Assembly (NCBI GenBank): GCA_051294905.1
Contig: CM119371.1
Coordinates: 2,234,001 to 2,298,000, forward strand
Length of the DNA stretch: 64,000 nucleotides
Origin: Botryllus schlosseri
Taxonomy: Eukaryota
Direction: 5' to 3'
The first letter of the stretch is position 1; every line of letters begins with the position of its first letter. The position numbers were made by a program, and so were the translations under genes. Positions 37,201-49,200 of this stretch are shown here, piece after piece. The notes under the pieces are model-generated. The model was not told the origin of the DNA. It saw only the letters and a program-made list of their open reading frames with translations, and searched no databases.

Positions 37201-40200
37201 CCGGTTCGTTCTTTAAAGCTTAATACAACCAAATACGATGCTTACCAAATTGGTTCAATTTGTACAGAAACGTTGGTCAGGAAATTTGGCTCATTTACAA
37301 CCAGTGGAAGCGGAGTTATTGCAGTTGAAATATTTGGATTTGAATAAAATAGTATTTGCGGTGGCTAGGTTATCATTTTATTCATATGCAGCCATCCATC
37401 ATGGGATTTTGAAAAGTAGAAAGTAGTTTTATGACACGTTTGTATCACTTTGATGTGTGAAATTGTCATAGGGAATCGAAATCGCCATGAACGTAGCTGT
37501 TGAATCTTCTTTTCAAGATTGTTGCTACTAATGATGCTACTAATAATTTCGCGTTAGTCGCAGACACTCTTCTTGCAATTTCGAAAAGTGGCCACATCCG
37601 ATGAACTGCCAAATATTCGCTAATTCTACCTGTAATAGGGTACAAATTTACACCAACCCTTCAACTTTGACTCGATTAGCCTAGGCTGACTACTTGGACC
37701 ACTTGTGCGTGCATTCGAGTCTCGGCTAAAAATATTGGAGACGCAAATTCAGTAGACATTGGGAATAAAAGTTTTAAGTTGAAACATGCGTCTTACTGCA
37801 CTGCGCATTCTCTCGTCACTAAAATATCAAATTCAATATCTTATCCGCCTTTCGTATTAATTGGTCCTATTAACACGAAGGAATTAGTAAAACACCATAT
37901 TCCGCACTACTTGCATTGCAACAGATGAATTATTATAAATTCAAGCGCGCACAAAAATGCGTTCCGTTACTTATTTTTGTTGGATATTCAGATATTGATT
38001 GCTTGATTACCAACTGGCAGGTAGGGTACAGATGAAAGTAGAAGATAATCAAATAGTGGAATCGGTCGAGAATGAATTAACATTGACGTTTACAGCAAAC
38101 TTAAAACTATGTAAATTGTATAGAAAAAAATAACTGTAACCAACCTTTTCTATTCTATACTCTGATATCTTCCGCAAACCAACCTCTTGGGCGACCAGTT
38201 TTTCAATCAATTTGACAAATGTTGCATCGAAAAGGTCGCCGACATATTTCAATGCTACCGCGGAAACCGTTTTGAAAGATAGACTGGAATCCTGTGAAAA
38301 TAAAGTGTTGTCAACTACGTCACAATCATCCAACAACAACCCTGAGATATACGTCCAAGCATGAGACATGAATCATGACTACTGCGGACAAGGCGATGGG
38401 ATCGCGTTATCAAAACATATCTTGCGAAAAGAGCAGACTGAATTTGCCTGCATGAACCACGAATCCGTTACATGAATTATATTGACCTAGACATTCGTGG
38501 AAATATATTACTCCCTTCACATCTATTTTGCTCGAAGCATAACAAGGACCCTCCCAAAAACAGCTCTTCATCTTGGTCCCTCTCTCTCTCTCTCTCTCTC
38601 TCCCTCGCTCGCTCGCTCTCTCTGTCTCTTATTGGAAGTACGTGATACTTTTCCATTGTATTGCAATCGTGTAGTTATATGAATTAAATAAATTTTAAGA
38701 TAATTTATTTTGATATATTTGAATTGAGAAAAATTAACTATTCGATTCCAACTCGCACTGGTAGGCACGATAATGATGGTGTCAAGTATAAATATTGCTT
38801 GTCTGTTGAAAATTGCGATAAAATAACCGCAATCCATCGATTTTTAATGGATGTAATCGAAAATCCTGAATGTACTTGAAAATCGACGTACAGTGTCGAC
38901 AATTTTTTTTTGAATAAATTTCAGTAGGCAAAAAACTCATTACTTATAATAATAATAATAATAATAAGTTGTTATCTTACTATTCTCAACAATAGCATCT
39001 CGTCTTCATGACGCTCATGCTTACGCCATAAGCTACAGACTGGCTATACTAGACCGAAAAGCCATCGCTTCACGTGTCTAGTGTTGTTTATAGCTTGATG
39101 CATAGTAAAGTCAGTAAAATGATCATAATTTTAGTACAATCATTAGTATGAACTCGTTATTGAAGTTAAATTATCTTGATATCCAACCTTGATGTCGAAA
39201 TGCCCTTCCATCCCGCCACTTATCTTGATGACATCTTCTTCATTCTTCAGTTCAACATTTCGTCCATCTACACTCAGCTTGACAACCTGAATATTGTTCA
39301 CATGTGAAACTTGATATCGTGCATTGTATCGCTATTCCAACAAATATCTTGACGTCATATCACACATATAGTGACGACCGCAGCATCATCATCATCCGCT
39401 ATACGTCATCGACACGAGCTACTGATTTTACTGGCGTGTATGCTGGTCGTAGCATTTTGCGACATTTGCGATCCGGAATCCCCAAAAACACTCGTCTATA
39501 TGACGTAAGAAGTATATTGGCAGAATCAGGAGAAATATTATACCGATTTATACACCCGAAAGCGCCCGAAACCGTATTCCTGCATTTAAACGAATTCACG
39601 AGCGATTTTAGTATTTTCAATCGGAACGCGAAATTGGACAGTTTGCCATTGTGAGCATGTATTTCAAAATAATATGGAAACCATGGTGACTCCTATAATA
39701 CAGAGCAAATAAAGAAATGAAGCCCAGAACGTTGTTATAATCAGCAAACAATTTTGCGATGCGATGTCAGACCTCATTGTGGTGGCCTATTACTAATCAG
39801 ATGTGCGTTTTCGTGATCAAGAGATCGTCAGTTGCGTACTACTTGATGTCGACATGCGCACTTCGGCATTGCCGCGATGCTAGCAATGCCACTTGCTACT
39901 TACGCACAGCGTTTTGCAGTGGCACGTGGCGTTTGCTTACCTAAAAGGGCCTTGGTTATTCAAAATATCGATGCAAGTATTCTGAATCAATTCTGTTTCT
40001 TGACCGGAGACGTGATGCGCTCCAATAAACTTGATTGCCAGAAAACTGTGTGGTATCGAACACATCAGTATCGAATTTCAAATAATTGGATAAATGAGGT
40101 CGTGACATGCGCTCAGGTGTCGTTTCGCTGCCTTTACGCTACGTAATCCACTATTTCACTAAAGTCGATTGCATGCATTGGTACTAATTAGACAGAGCGG

Positions 40201-43200
40201 ATATTAAAATGTCGAATAAGCGGTTAAATACTGTACGACTTGTGAATGGGATGTATACAAATGTGTTCTCGCTCGACTATGACGTAAGCGATCATGAGCG
40301 ATTGTAACGTCACAAGTCTCCGCAACCCACATAAAATTATAGCTGCAGTTAGTACACAACTAAATCCTAGAATCGATCTCACTTCCCAATCCAATTTTCC
40401 AGATAGCGATCCAATCCGACGATGCCCGAGAAGTGAACGTAGCGCTGTTGCTGAGACGTTGCCACGCAAATCCACTTCCTTCAGCTGGAACGATTGAAAT
40501 ATTTTATGAAACGTTGAAGAGAACTTAGTTTGAAAATAAGTATGAAATAAAGTGACAAAAATAAAATCACCAAGCCGTAATCTATTTAGGTTACTGTCGG
40601 TGGATCTTCGATATAGCCTACATTACAAAGCGATATTCGTAGATCATGATATCGGTAATATCACATTCACTATGGGCTTGTACTCAGGGAATATGAGTGA
40701 TTTTGAGATTTACATAATTGTAGCGCGTCCAATAGTCGATAGGTAGGCCATTATCGCAGATACAATCGTAGACCTATTCGTGATTCAAATATGTATTCAA
40801 AAACGTATCTTTTTCGTGCTCGGCGACAAGTCACACTTCTCGGGGTGATTATCGTTTTCGCGCATTAGATATCGCTTCTGCATTCGATAAATTCACACCG
40901 ATAAAAATCAAAATCATTCCATATTCCGACAGACGAACGATCAACTTTTATACAAACGGCTCATCGTGGCACTAGCGAGATTGCTGTCCGATTGAACTAA
41001 TTGCTTTCGGAGTGGTCTCGAAATTAATGATGACTAGGGAGATTTTTTTACCTTATTAGCGCGAGATTTTGACCTGAAATTTCAAAATTTCGACGTTTTT
41101 TTAACTTAAAAAACTTGCGTACACTGCTGGTGACACAGCGTGTTGTTTCATTCTGACAATGTTGTCTACATCGCAATTTTATTCATGCGCTTCTTGATAT
41201 AAGAACCAATACCCACGCAGTCTTGCTTCAGTTAGGATATTGCGGTACGTTGAGCATAACACCATTTCAATCTATTTGTTTCATTTGACCGCTTATGATT
41301 CACAATGAACAGTCAATGAGACGTCTACAATGTCAGGCCTAAAAAATGGGCTACAAGATGTAAAATGATAAGCTCACCGACAGCGCAAACATCTATGATA
41401 CAAACGAAATGCAAAAACTTTTTGACATTGCAAACAATTTTGACAATTTTTATACCTAACGCTACAATTTTAACAAAATATTGACCTTTTTTGCAATATC
41501 AAAAAATCGCCCTAGTCATAAAATATGTTGAATGGTCTTGAATAGTTGGTACCACCTCTGATGTAGATACCGAATACCAGTACCAGCACCACAAGAGAAA
41601 ACGAATTAGCACAGTCCGTTATTGCACACCCGAGAACTCACATCTGATACATCCGACACCATTGTCTTACAAAACTGATTGCTTGGATGAAATTTGATCG
41701 CGCGAGAAAACATAAGCAGCATGGATCAACTGAAACCCCGACGTTCGACGAAGCCGTGTATTGTTACTTTTAATGTTATCGCTGTCGATATTACTGCATT
41801 TGACTGGGCAGAAGTGACGAATAACACTGGTCAATAAAATGAAAAAAAAATTTTTGCAGGACATCTAAGAGTCATTTCTGGGGTTTTCAAGGTTACTGAT
41901 TACGAATATCAAATTCGTTTTTTCAGATTGACTTTAGTTTAGAAAATACTTATACCCCTGAAAAAAAAGCCCAAATTACTGTATTTACCTCCTAAATATT
42001 TCACTTGGTAATAAGTAAATCGCAGCGTTTTTACTTTTGTACTGCCCATAAATAGAGAAAAGACTATGAAGAACGCTCATGTCGTCCTCAGTTATTCATT
42101 CAATATGAGCATGACCTGCTGTGAGATCTTTGTTTGTCAAAAAAAAACAGTTTGTCAAGCCTAAAAATTGTACTTTTGCACAACAGAACCACTTGAGTAA
42201 GTAGTGCAAGTAAGCAGAATATGTTTGAGTACTTCGGAAAAGTAGGTGGTTAATATGACAATTCCACTTATAAAATGATGAAAACTTATCCTAACATAGG
42301 GTTGCCATACGTCTTCCTTTTCGAGGTTTTTGAAAATATCCTCCGAGGACGCCAAAATGTCCTCTTTTATTGGCAAATCGTCCTCCTTTATAACTTTTAC
42401 AGCTAAGATAATGTATAGATTTGAGTGAAAATGGGCATAAATGACGCTAAATAGGAAATTCGTGATTCGATCGAAAGTAACGATATTTTTTTTTAGTCAA
42501 CCCACCAAATTAATTTTTAAATAGGCTGGTGCATTGCATCATACCGATTCGTTTCAATGTTTTTAGGTTTCGTATTCTATCCTCTCATTTGGCTGATAAA
42601 TAGACTGAGGCTATACAGTTACTTATAGGTAGTTTAGCAGTTCTAAGCATGCGTGTGCACTGTGCAGTATGACGCCTTTTTGCATGTGTATTTAACTGTA
42701 TAGCTTATTCGTCCCTCCAATCAAAATAAATGGCAACTTTCAAGCAGCTATCAGAACGCAATGACATAATATATGCCTCGTACTGCGTAAAATCAACTTG
42801 ACTTGGATTATGACTTGACTCGTGACTTGACTTGACTTGACTCGAGTCACCTCCAACGATCGAGTGACTTGACTTGACTCGAGTCACCTTCAAAAATCGA
42901 TTCACTTGACTTGAGTCGAGTCAAAATATGCAATGACTCGAGATGACTCGTGACTCGAAGGTAGTGACTTGATCCCAACACTGATATGATTTTGAAAAGG
43001 TAAAATTAGTTTTATGATACGCTTGTATGACTTTGATGCGTGGAATTTTCATAGGAAATCGCCATCAACGTAACTGTTGAATCCATTTTTCACGATTGTT
43101 CCTACTTGCGACGCTACTAATCATTATGCGTTAGACGCCTCTTGCAATTTAAAACGTAGCCACAGCCGATAATCCGCCGAATATTTGCGGTCCCTCCACC

Positions 43201-46200
43201 GAAACTATTTTCAGAATTACTTACTTGAGTACTTTTCCGATCTTTGGTTTGCTACTTCCACTTGAAGTAGTTATACAAGACTTGTAAGCAGTTGATTGTA
43301 CTTGTGATTGCACATTAGGGGCGTTCAATCTTACAGGTTACTTGATAAAATTGTTACGTTACCTAATTAAAGGCTGAACACCAAATGTGGTTCAATTTTA
43401 ACCAGTAGCCGCATTGCTACAAGAGAAGAAAGTTTTGTATTTATTATGTAAAAATATATAAAACAACGAAAATTTTCTGTTCACCCCATCATATTGCTAG
43501 GTTTTGTGCAAAAACGTTGGTCAGCAAATTTGGCTCATTTCCAACCAGTGGAAACGGAGTTATTGCAGTTGAAATATTTGGATTTGAATAAAATAGTATT
43601 TACGGTGGCTAGGTTATCATTTAATTCATATGCAGCCATCCTTCATGGGATTTTGAAAAGTAGAAAGTAGTTTTATGACACGTTTGAATCACTTTGATTT
43701 ATGAAATCGTCATAGGAAATCGAAATCGCCATCAACGTAACTGTTGAATCTACTTTTCAAGATTGTTGCAACTAATGACGCTACTAATAATTTCGCGTTA
43801 GTCGCAGAGACTCTTCTTGCAATTTCGAAAAGTGACCACATCCGATGGACTGCCAAATATTCGCTAATTCTACCTGTAATAGGGTACAAATTTACACCAA
43901 CCCTTCGACTTTGACTCGATTAGCCTAGGCTGACTACTTGGACCACTTGTGCGTGCATTCGAGTCTCGGCTAAAAATATTTGAGACGCAAATTCAGCAGA
44001 CATTGGGAATAAAAGTTTTAAGTTGAAACATGCGTCTTACTGCACTGCGCATTCTCTCTCGTCACTAAAATATCAAATTCAATATCTTATCCGCCTTTCG
44101 TATTAATTGGTCCTATTAACACGAAGGAATTAGTAAAACACCATATTCCGCACTACTTGCATTGCGACAGATGAATTATGATAAATTCAAGCGCGCACAA
44201 AAATGCGTTCCGTTACTTATTTTTGTTGGATATTCAGATATTGATTGCTTGATTACCAACTGGCAGGTAGGGTACAGATGAAAGTAGAAGAAAATCAAAC
44301 AGTGGAATCGGTCAAGAATGAATCAACATTGACCTTTACAGCAAACTTAAAACTATATAAATTGTATAAGAAAAATAACTGTAACCAACCTTTTCTATTC
44401 TATACTCTGATATCTTCCGCAAACCAACCTCTTGGGCGACCAGTTTTTCAATCAATTTGACAAATGTTGCATCGAAAAGGTCGCCGACATATTTCAATGC
44501 TACCGCGGAAACCGTTTTGAAAGATAGACTGGAATCCTGTGAAAATAAAGTGTTGTCAACTACGTCACAATCATCCAACAACAACCCTAAGATATACGTC
44601 CAAGCATGAGACATGAATCATGACTACTGCGGACAAGGCGATGGGATCGCGTTATCAAAACATATCTTGCGAAAAGAGCAGACTGAATTTGCCTGCATGA
44701 ACCACGAATCCGCTACATGAATTATATTGACCTAGACATTCGTGGAAATATATTACTCCCTTCACATCTATTTTGCTCGAAGCATAGCAAGGACCCTCCC
44801 CAAAAACAGCTCTTCATCTTGGTCCCTCTCTCTCTCTCTCCCTCGCTCGCTCGCTCTCTCTCTCTCTTATTGGAAGCACGTAATACTTTGTTTCATTGTA
44901 TTGCAATCGTGTAGTTATATGAATTAAATAAATTTGAATATAATATAATTTTATATATTTGAATTGAGAAAAATTAATTATTTAATTCCAACCCGCACTC
45001 ATCTCACTGGTAGGCACGATAATGATGGTGCCAAGTACCGCTTACTGCCACAATAGCGTTTTACATAAATCAAAGCAAAAATGCTTCCAGAATATACCTT
45101 GAACGCCCCCGCCACCACCACATAATATTTCGGTGAACAGTTCAGAATATTTAAAAAATATTGCTTGTCTGTTGAAAATTGTGATAAAATAACCGTAATC
45201 CTTCGATTTTTAATGGATGTAATCGAAAATCCTGAATGTACTTGAAAATCAAAGTACAGTGCCGAATTTTTTTTCTAAATTCAGTGGGCAAAAATCTCGT
45301 TACTTAGAAAATCATCACAAGCTGCAAGCTTACTATTCTTAACAAAAGCATATCGTCCTCATGACGCTCATAATGACGTCATAAGCTACAGACTGGCTAT
45401 ACTAGACCTCAAAGTCATCGCTTCGTGTGCCAAGTGTTGTTTACAGCTTGATGCATAGTAAAGTCGCTAAAATGACTGCAATTTCAGTCCAATCATTAGT
45501 ATGGACTCGTTATCGAAGGTGAATCAACTTGATATCCAACCTTGAAGTCAAGGTGACCTTCAATCCCGTCACCACTTATCTTGATGACATCTTTTTCGTT
45601 CTTCAATTCAACATCCCCTCCATCTACAGTCAGATTGACCACCTGAATATTGTTCACATATGAAACTTGAGATCGTGCATTGTATCGCTATTCCACCAAA
45701 TATCTTGACGTCATATCACACATATAGTGACGACCGCAGCATCATCGATCATCATCTGCTATACGTTATCGACACGGGTCACTGATTTTACTGTCGTTTA
45801 TGCTGGTGGTGGCCTTTTGCGACAATTGCGACCCGATATCCCCGAAAACACTCATTTATATGAGATAAGAAGTATATTGGCGGAATCAGTTATTTTGGTC
45901 AATATAGTTGATCGTAAGCACCCGGAACCGTTTTCCTGCATTGACACGAATTCACGAACGATTTTTATCTTTTTAATCGGAGCGCAAAATTGGACAGTTT
46001 GCTATTGTGAGCATGTACTTCAAAATACCATGAACATCATAGTGACTGCCATAATACAAGGGAAACAAAACATTGCAGTCCAAAACGCTGTTATAATTAG
46101 ATCTGGGCACAATAATTCGAGTGTTCGAATCTGAATCGAGTATTAATTTTAATGATTCAAGTCAAGAAGTAAAATATGATTTTTAGGAGTAGGCCTACCG

Positions 46201-49200
46201 AAATCATGCGTTCGTCGACACTGAAAGTTACTTATTAACGAGAATTTCAGTTTTGACAGTATTTCCCAGTTTGTAAGCCCTGAAATCATGATTGGTCGCA
46301 TAGCAGCATATGAAACATATTGTACAAAGCTATGAACGTTACTGGAATAACATATTTCCAAAGTCAGGATCATCCCAACAACAATGTCACAAACCGCAAT
46401 GAAATCGGTATGTTCTGAAAATCCCGAAGTATCTTTTATGTGATGCATAACAACAGGCATTATATAATTTGTGGTGGCATAAAAGCTTAGTACGTGATTC
46501 AGAATCGAATCACTCAAATACTCGATCCTGCCTAGCCCTATAGTTATGAACAGTAGGCAATTTCGCTATGCGATGTCAAACTGATTGTGTTGGCCTGAAA
46601 ATCAGATACGCACTTTGTTGATTAGGAGTAGTAATATTCAGCTGCGCACTAATTTATGTCGACATGCACACTCCTGAATTTTGACGATGCTAGCAATTTT
46701 ACTTGTTAATCACGCAGTGCATTCTGCAGCGGAACACGGCGTTTGATTACGTGAATGTGACGTAATTTGTCAAAATATCGATGCACAATTTGATCACCGC
46801 CAGACTGATCGATCACACCAATATGGAATTTTACTACACTGCATTCATTTGATTCATTGTCAATTTACTAGAGAGCGGATTTTTGTTGACGAGGTCGTGA
46901 CATTAGATCAGTGGTCTTATTGCTGCCCTACGCTCCATAGTTAACTATTTCAGTAAATTGGATTACATAGCTCGATATTAATGAGACAGTGCGGATATTA
47001 AAACATCATATCAGTGGGTAAATACTGTACATCTTTGGAATGAATGCAGAGTAGGGCCGCTCAAAAAATGTTTTCTTCAGATTCCACTGGCTATGTGATA
47101 AAATTGATAGGTTGGTTAAAACGACGCTATAAACCAAATTTGGCTTCAAGTCCAACCAGTAGAAGCGAGATACTTGCTATAGAAAGTTTTGAAATTATCA
47201 TTAAAAGACACACAAATAAACCAAAATTTCCTGTCAACCGCATAAAATTGTTAGGCTATCAGTAGAGATGATGCATACCAAATTTGGCTAAATTCCAACC
47301 ACTAGAAGCGAAGTTATTGCAGTAGAAAATTATAGTGGCTTGTTAGTACGCAACTGAATCATAGAATCGATCTCACTTCCCAATCTAATTTTCGAGATAG
47401 CGATTCAATCCGAAGATGTCCGAGAAGTGAACGCAATGCTTTAGCTGAGAAATTATTGCGACGCAAATCCACTTTCTTCACCTGAATGATGAATGAAATA
47501 TGAATACAATGTCTGCCAATATCATGTCAAACGAACAGAGCTTTGCACAGACGTATTCAGGGCATATTTTGGAAGCTCAGTATGTTCAACATTATTGTGA
47601 TCCGCATAATAAAGGCAAACGACCGTATAGGTTTAGAGCAATGATGGGCAAACTACGGCCCGCGGGCCGCATACGGCCTGCCACACCGTTCTGTGCGGCC
47701 CGCGAGAGTCTAAAGCAGGGCTGGCCAACCTTTTCAGCTAACGGGCCACATTCGATTGACGGATTATCGCGCGGGCGACTAGCCGCGCGCAGCGCAAAAC
47801 TTTTTTGAAGTTCATAGGCCAATAATATTGTCATTTGACTATATTGCGGGCCTGTTGTACATCGCTGGGCTAGTTTTGCGAGGACAGGGCTATTCAGCGC
47901 ATGGACATATCGATATCGAAAGATGCGACCAACATGCAGCAATCATTTCGTGCCTAGGTTTCATAGGCGACGGTCTTACTGCGAGCGCAACCGCAATGTC
48001 GCATATGTTGAACGACACTTTGTCTCGTAATCGCAAATATAGTTGGACTCAATCTGATACATTAGGTGTTCTTCCATTTCCACATAGGGCAACAATATTA
48101 AAAACAAGAAATCGAGTGACAACATGTTGCGCCAAGCTTGTAGAAAATTTTTACCTTTGATAAATCTACCGCAAATTATTCTGCTTTATTGTAGTGAACG
48201 AAGATATACCAATATGTGAATGGCTGATGGATCTGTCAATGCGTCGGAACTGATATTTTAGTCATCTCATCTCAAGTGTTGCGGCCAGATTAATCAAATA
48301 ATTGGTTGGTCTTGCAAGTTCACAATCTGTGCAATCCAATTTTGATGATATTAGAAATTTCGGAAATGACCTCGCGGGCCACTCAAAACCTTCTCTGGCC
48401 GGCCCTGGTCTAAAGAAACTTTTTAAAAATATTGATGAAATGCATACTAAAAATCGAATTAATGCAGAGACTTGATTATATTTCACCATGATATTTTTAA
48501 GGAAGTGGTTCTCAAACTGGTGGGCGCCCACCCTGAGGGGGTGAAAGCATCTTAAGAAGGGCACGAAGCTGAGATCAACTGAAAAAAAAATTCGCGATCC
48601 GCGCGATTTACATCCAATTCACGGTTGATGTGCTGTATTTCATAGCGTTCGTCGTAGCGTTCCATGCCATGAAACTACCCGTTAGGTTTGCTAGCATTCT
48701 GGTTGCGTTTTGTGATATGACGATAAAGGGGATACGTAATCATTCACCATCGTAAGGGGGCAAAGTATGGTCTCTTGCATCGTTTGAAAACCTCTATTCT
48801 AAGGTATATACTTCCTACATTATTTTTTATGTTTAATGTCTGGCGCGTCAGACCGATAATAAAGCTCACGCGGTTTGAAGGGTTCAAACTAAAAATCACA
48901 GAAATCCTTAACGAGATCGACGTAATTCGGGTCACGAGTGTGATTTCAGATTGGCCACTCCAGTTTCAATTTTTTCAGTGATGTTTTTATAAAAAAACGA
49001 TTCGCGCTTGTCTTAGGTAGATTCGTTCTCTGTATGCGTAGAATTAGGGTATTATATTTTATCGACACACAGTAGAAGCGTGTTTGAAGCTAACATGGTT
49101 ATGATGCTGTCAGCATTGTGCATCCAGGAACTGAACCAAAAGTGGAATTAACAAATCTATGAACCGATCGCTGCTGACAGATTTAAATTTTATTCCTATT

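Larger units (their letters stand above)
37261..40500. repeat. Copy A of an intragenic direct duplication (partner about 43505-47490)
   Basis: Colinear with copy B throughout: near-identical to about 38780, clearly more diverged afterwards. Confidence 0.92.
43505..47490. repeat. Copy B of the intragenic direct duplication
   Basis: Colinear with 37261-40500 plus copy-specific insertions at about 45036-45155, 46098-46540 and 47051-47330. Confidence 0.92.

Noticed and set aside
39800..39835. Minus-strand CTGACGA...GAAA hammerhead candidate
   Set aside because: Stems I and II do not pair, and the motif is not kept in duplicate copy B.
42790..42983. GACTCGAGTC/GACTTGACT arrays (also about 9780-10400, 15490-15740, 50720-50880) as a CRISPR array
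   Set aside because: Irregular short motifs without constant-length unique spacers, no cas genes, eukaryotic context; the 50718 copy shows they are MITE subterminal repeats.
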